Source: Candidatus Bathyarchaeota archaeon (GTDB lineage Archaea > Thermoproteota > Bathyarchaeia > 40CM-2-53-6). From it: a stretch of 25,921 nucleotides of DNA. Below are positions 24,291 through 25,921 of this stretch, piece after piece (the stretch's first letter is position 1; every line of letters begins with the position of its first letter). Made by a program: the position numbers and the translations under genes. The stretch is from NCBI GenBank assembly GCA_005882905.1, contig VBBG01000024.1, positions 1 to 25,921 of the forward strand, read 5' to 3'. The notes below the pieces were generated by a model. That model ran no database searches and was not told where the DNA came from. It saw only the letters and a program-made list of their open reading frames with translations.

Positions 24291-25797
24291 TTGAAAGGGT
24301 CCGACTTGCTCGTAGAGTGTCTTGAGAACGAGAAGGTTGAATTCGTCTTCCAAGTTCCTGGCGAAGAGACCCTCGCCCTTACCGATTCTCTTGGCCGATC
24401 GAAGAGAATCAAAATCATCACCGTCCGTCACGAGCAGGCTGCAGCGTTCATGGCCGGAGTCTACGGACGGTTGACCGGTCGGCCTGGGGTCTGTGCCGCG
24501 ACGCTGGGACCCGGCGCGACAAACCTCGCCACGGGAATAGCAGATGCAAACGTAGACAGGGCACCCCTGTTGGCATTGACCGGGCAGGCCGCCCTGGAGC
24601 ACTTTCACAAGGAGTATCACCAGTATGTTGACGTGGTGAGCATTCTTAGGCCCATCACGAAGTGGAATACACGGTTGTACAAGGCGGATACGATCCCGGA
24701 AGCGATCACGAAGGCGTTCAGGACAGCTGAGGCCGAAAAGCCGGGATCTTGCCATCTGGAGATCCCAGAGGACATCGCCGATCAAGCATCGCGCGCGACC
24801 CCTATTCCGAGGATCGCCGGCCCTGAACAGCCTCGTCCCACCACGAGCCAGATAGAACAAGCGGCTCAGCTCCTAAACAAATCCAAGGCTCCTCTGATTC
24901 TAGCCGGCAACGGAATAATCCGCGCGAGAGCCACGGGACCTTTCCGAAAGTTTCTCGTCGAAGCGAAGATTCCCGTAGCCCACACGTTCATGGGCAAAGG
25001 CGCACTCCCGGACAATGATCCTCTAAGCCTCTACGCGATCGGTCTCCCCTCACAGGAGATTGTAAGCAAGGCCTTCGAACTTGCAGACCTCATCATTGCA
25101 ATAGGCTACGACCTGGTCGAATATGCTCCATCGATTTGGAATCCTCACAATGACAAAACCATAATCCATGTGGACAGTACGAACGCTGAGGTGGACATGA
25201 ATTATCAGCCGAGCATTCAGCTGGTTGGCCACATAGGCGAGACACTCACAATTCTCACTGGCCAGATCAAGGCGCGCTCAACCAACTTTGCCAAGTCAGT
25301 AAGGGATAGCATACTCGCTGAAGCCTCAGCAAGATCAGAAGACGAGGCTTACCCGTTAAAGCCCCAGAGGATTCTTCACGACCTCCGCGAGGCAATGAAT
25401 CACGAGGATATCGTCGTGAGCAAGCATGGGCATCGGAATCCCAGGCGCAATAGCCGCGAAACTGGTCCACTCGCAACGCCGAGTTGTCGCCGCTTGCGGC
25501 GACGGTGGATTCCTGATGACAGCACATGAGCTGGAGACCGCGCACCGCCTCGGAGTTAACCTCGTAGCTGTTGTCTTTCATGATAACGCGTATGGGTCTA
25601 TCAAGAGGAAGCAGCTGGCTCGTTTCGGCAGAACCTCAGGAGTTGACTTTGGCAACCCGGACTTTGTGAAGCTGGCAGAAGCCTTCGGCGTCCAAGGATA
25701 TCATACTCAAAGAGCGTCAGAGTTTCTCCCACTGTTGGAGTCTGCGCTTGAACAGCGAGAGACTTCTGTGATAGATGTGCCCGTTGACTATTCCTGA
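24291..25797 (+). pseudogene. ilvB: Acetolactate synthase large subunit-like ThDP enzyme, frameshifted by an internal deletion at about 25421/25422
   Basis: VPGEE, VRHEQAAAFMA, ATLGPGATN and TFMGKG in frame 1. MGIGIPGAIAAK...CGDGGFLM...HDNAYG (ThDP motif) continues in a different frame from 25426. The usual DVGAHK...SNG segment between them is absent. Confidence 0.85.
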
Positions 25798-25831
25798 AGA
25801 CGATCTCCAGCATTTGGCGCGAGGCTGGAAA

Positions 25832-25921
25832 CTATGATTTGCCCTTGATTCCCAGTTTGCGTAGAATCACCCAATACGATAATGCTCCCAGGACTGCTAG
25901 TGGTAGCGATGTGGCGAACAG
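25832..25921 (-). CDS. 3' end of a membrane protein running off the window
   Basis: Manual translation from 25921: LFATSLPLAVLGALSYWVILRKLGIKGKS*, a TM helix plus a basic stop-transfer tail. Confidence 0.55.
   Translation of the reverse strand: MFATSLPLAVLGALSYWVILRKLGIKGKS

Noticed and set aside
25795-25848. TGA after DYS followed in frame by ...RLETMICP*, suggesting readthrough or Sec to an ALS-like ICP tail
   Set aside because: The intervening residues do not fit the family tail, the segment overlaps the end of the convergent gene, and no SECIS-like element is evident.
1-25921. CRISPR arrays, full tRNA/rRNA genes, IS elements, integrases
   Set aside because: No regularly spaced repeats, complete cloverleaf, terminal inverted repeats or transposase/recombinase motifs seen on either strand.

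Overview
Gene-dense archaeal chromosomal segment. It carries an aIF-1A gene, TATA boxes about 25 nt before start codons and frequent TTG/GTG starts; a TACK-type, possibly Bathyarchaeia-like host is my inference. Recognisable genes: an adjacent aceA-aceB glyoxylate shunt, an M3-like zinc peptidase, aIF-1A, two thioredoxin-fold redoxins flanking a DUF72 gene, an ArsB/NhaD/SLC13-type permease, thrC, PadR, DUF1801, V4R, a DedA/VTT protein, a beta-CASP hydrolase, a GNAT, two SAM methyltransferases and an acetolactate synthase broken by an internal deletion. I found no rRNA, complete tRNA, CRISPR array, integrase or transposase. The strongest leads are: (1) a DUF59/SufT-like domain fused to a PqqD/RRE-like domain, directly upstream of a TylM1/DesVI-like N-methyltransferase; (2) a TFS/TFIIS-like zinc-ribbon microprotein missing from the ORF track, with TRSAGE in place of TRSADE and no canonical start; (3) a bacterial-type glyoxylate shunt in an archaeon; (4) an RNase HII-motif-like protein that seems to need a CTG start; and (5) paired TCGAA palindromes in the thrC/PadR divergent promoter. 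Family assignments come from motif recognition only; no searches were run.
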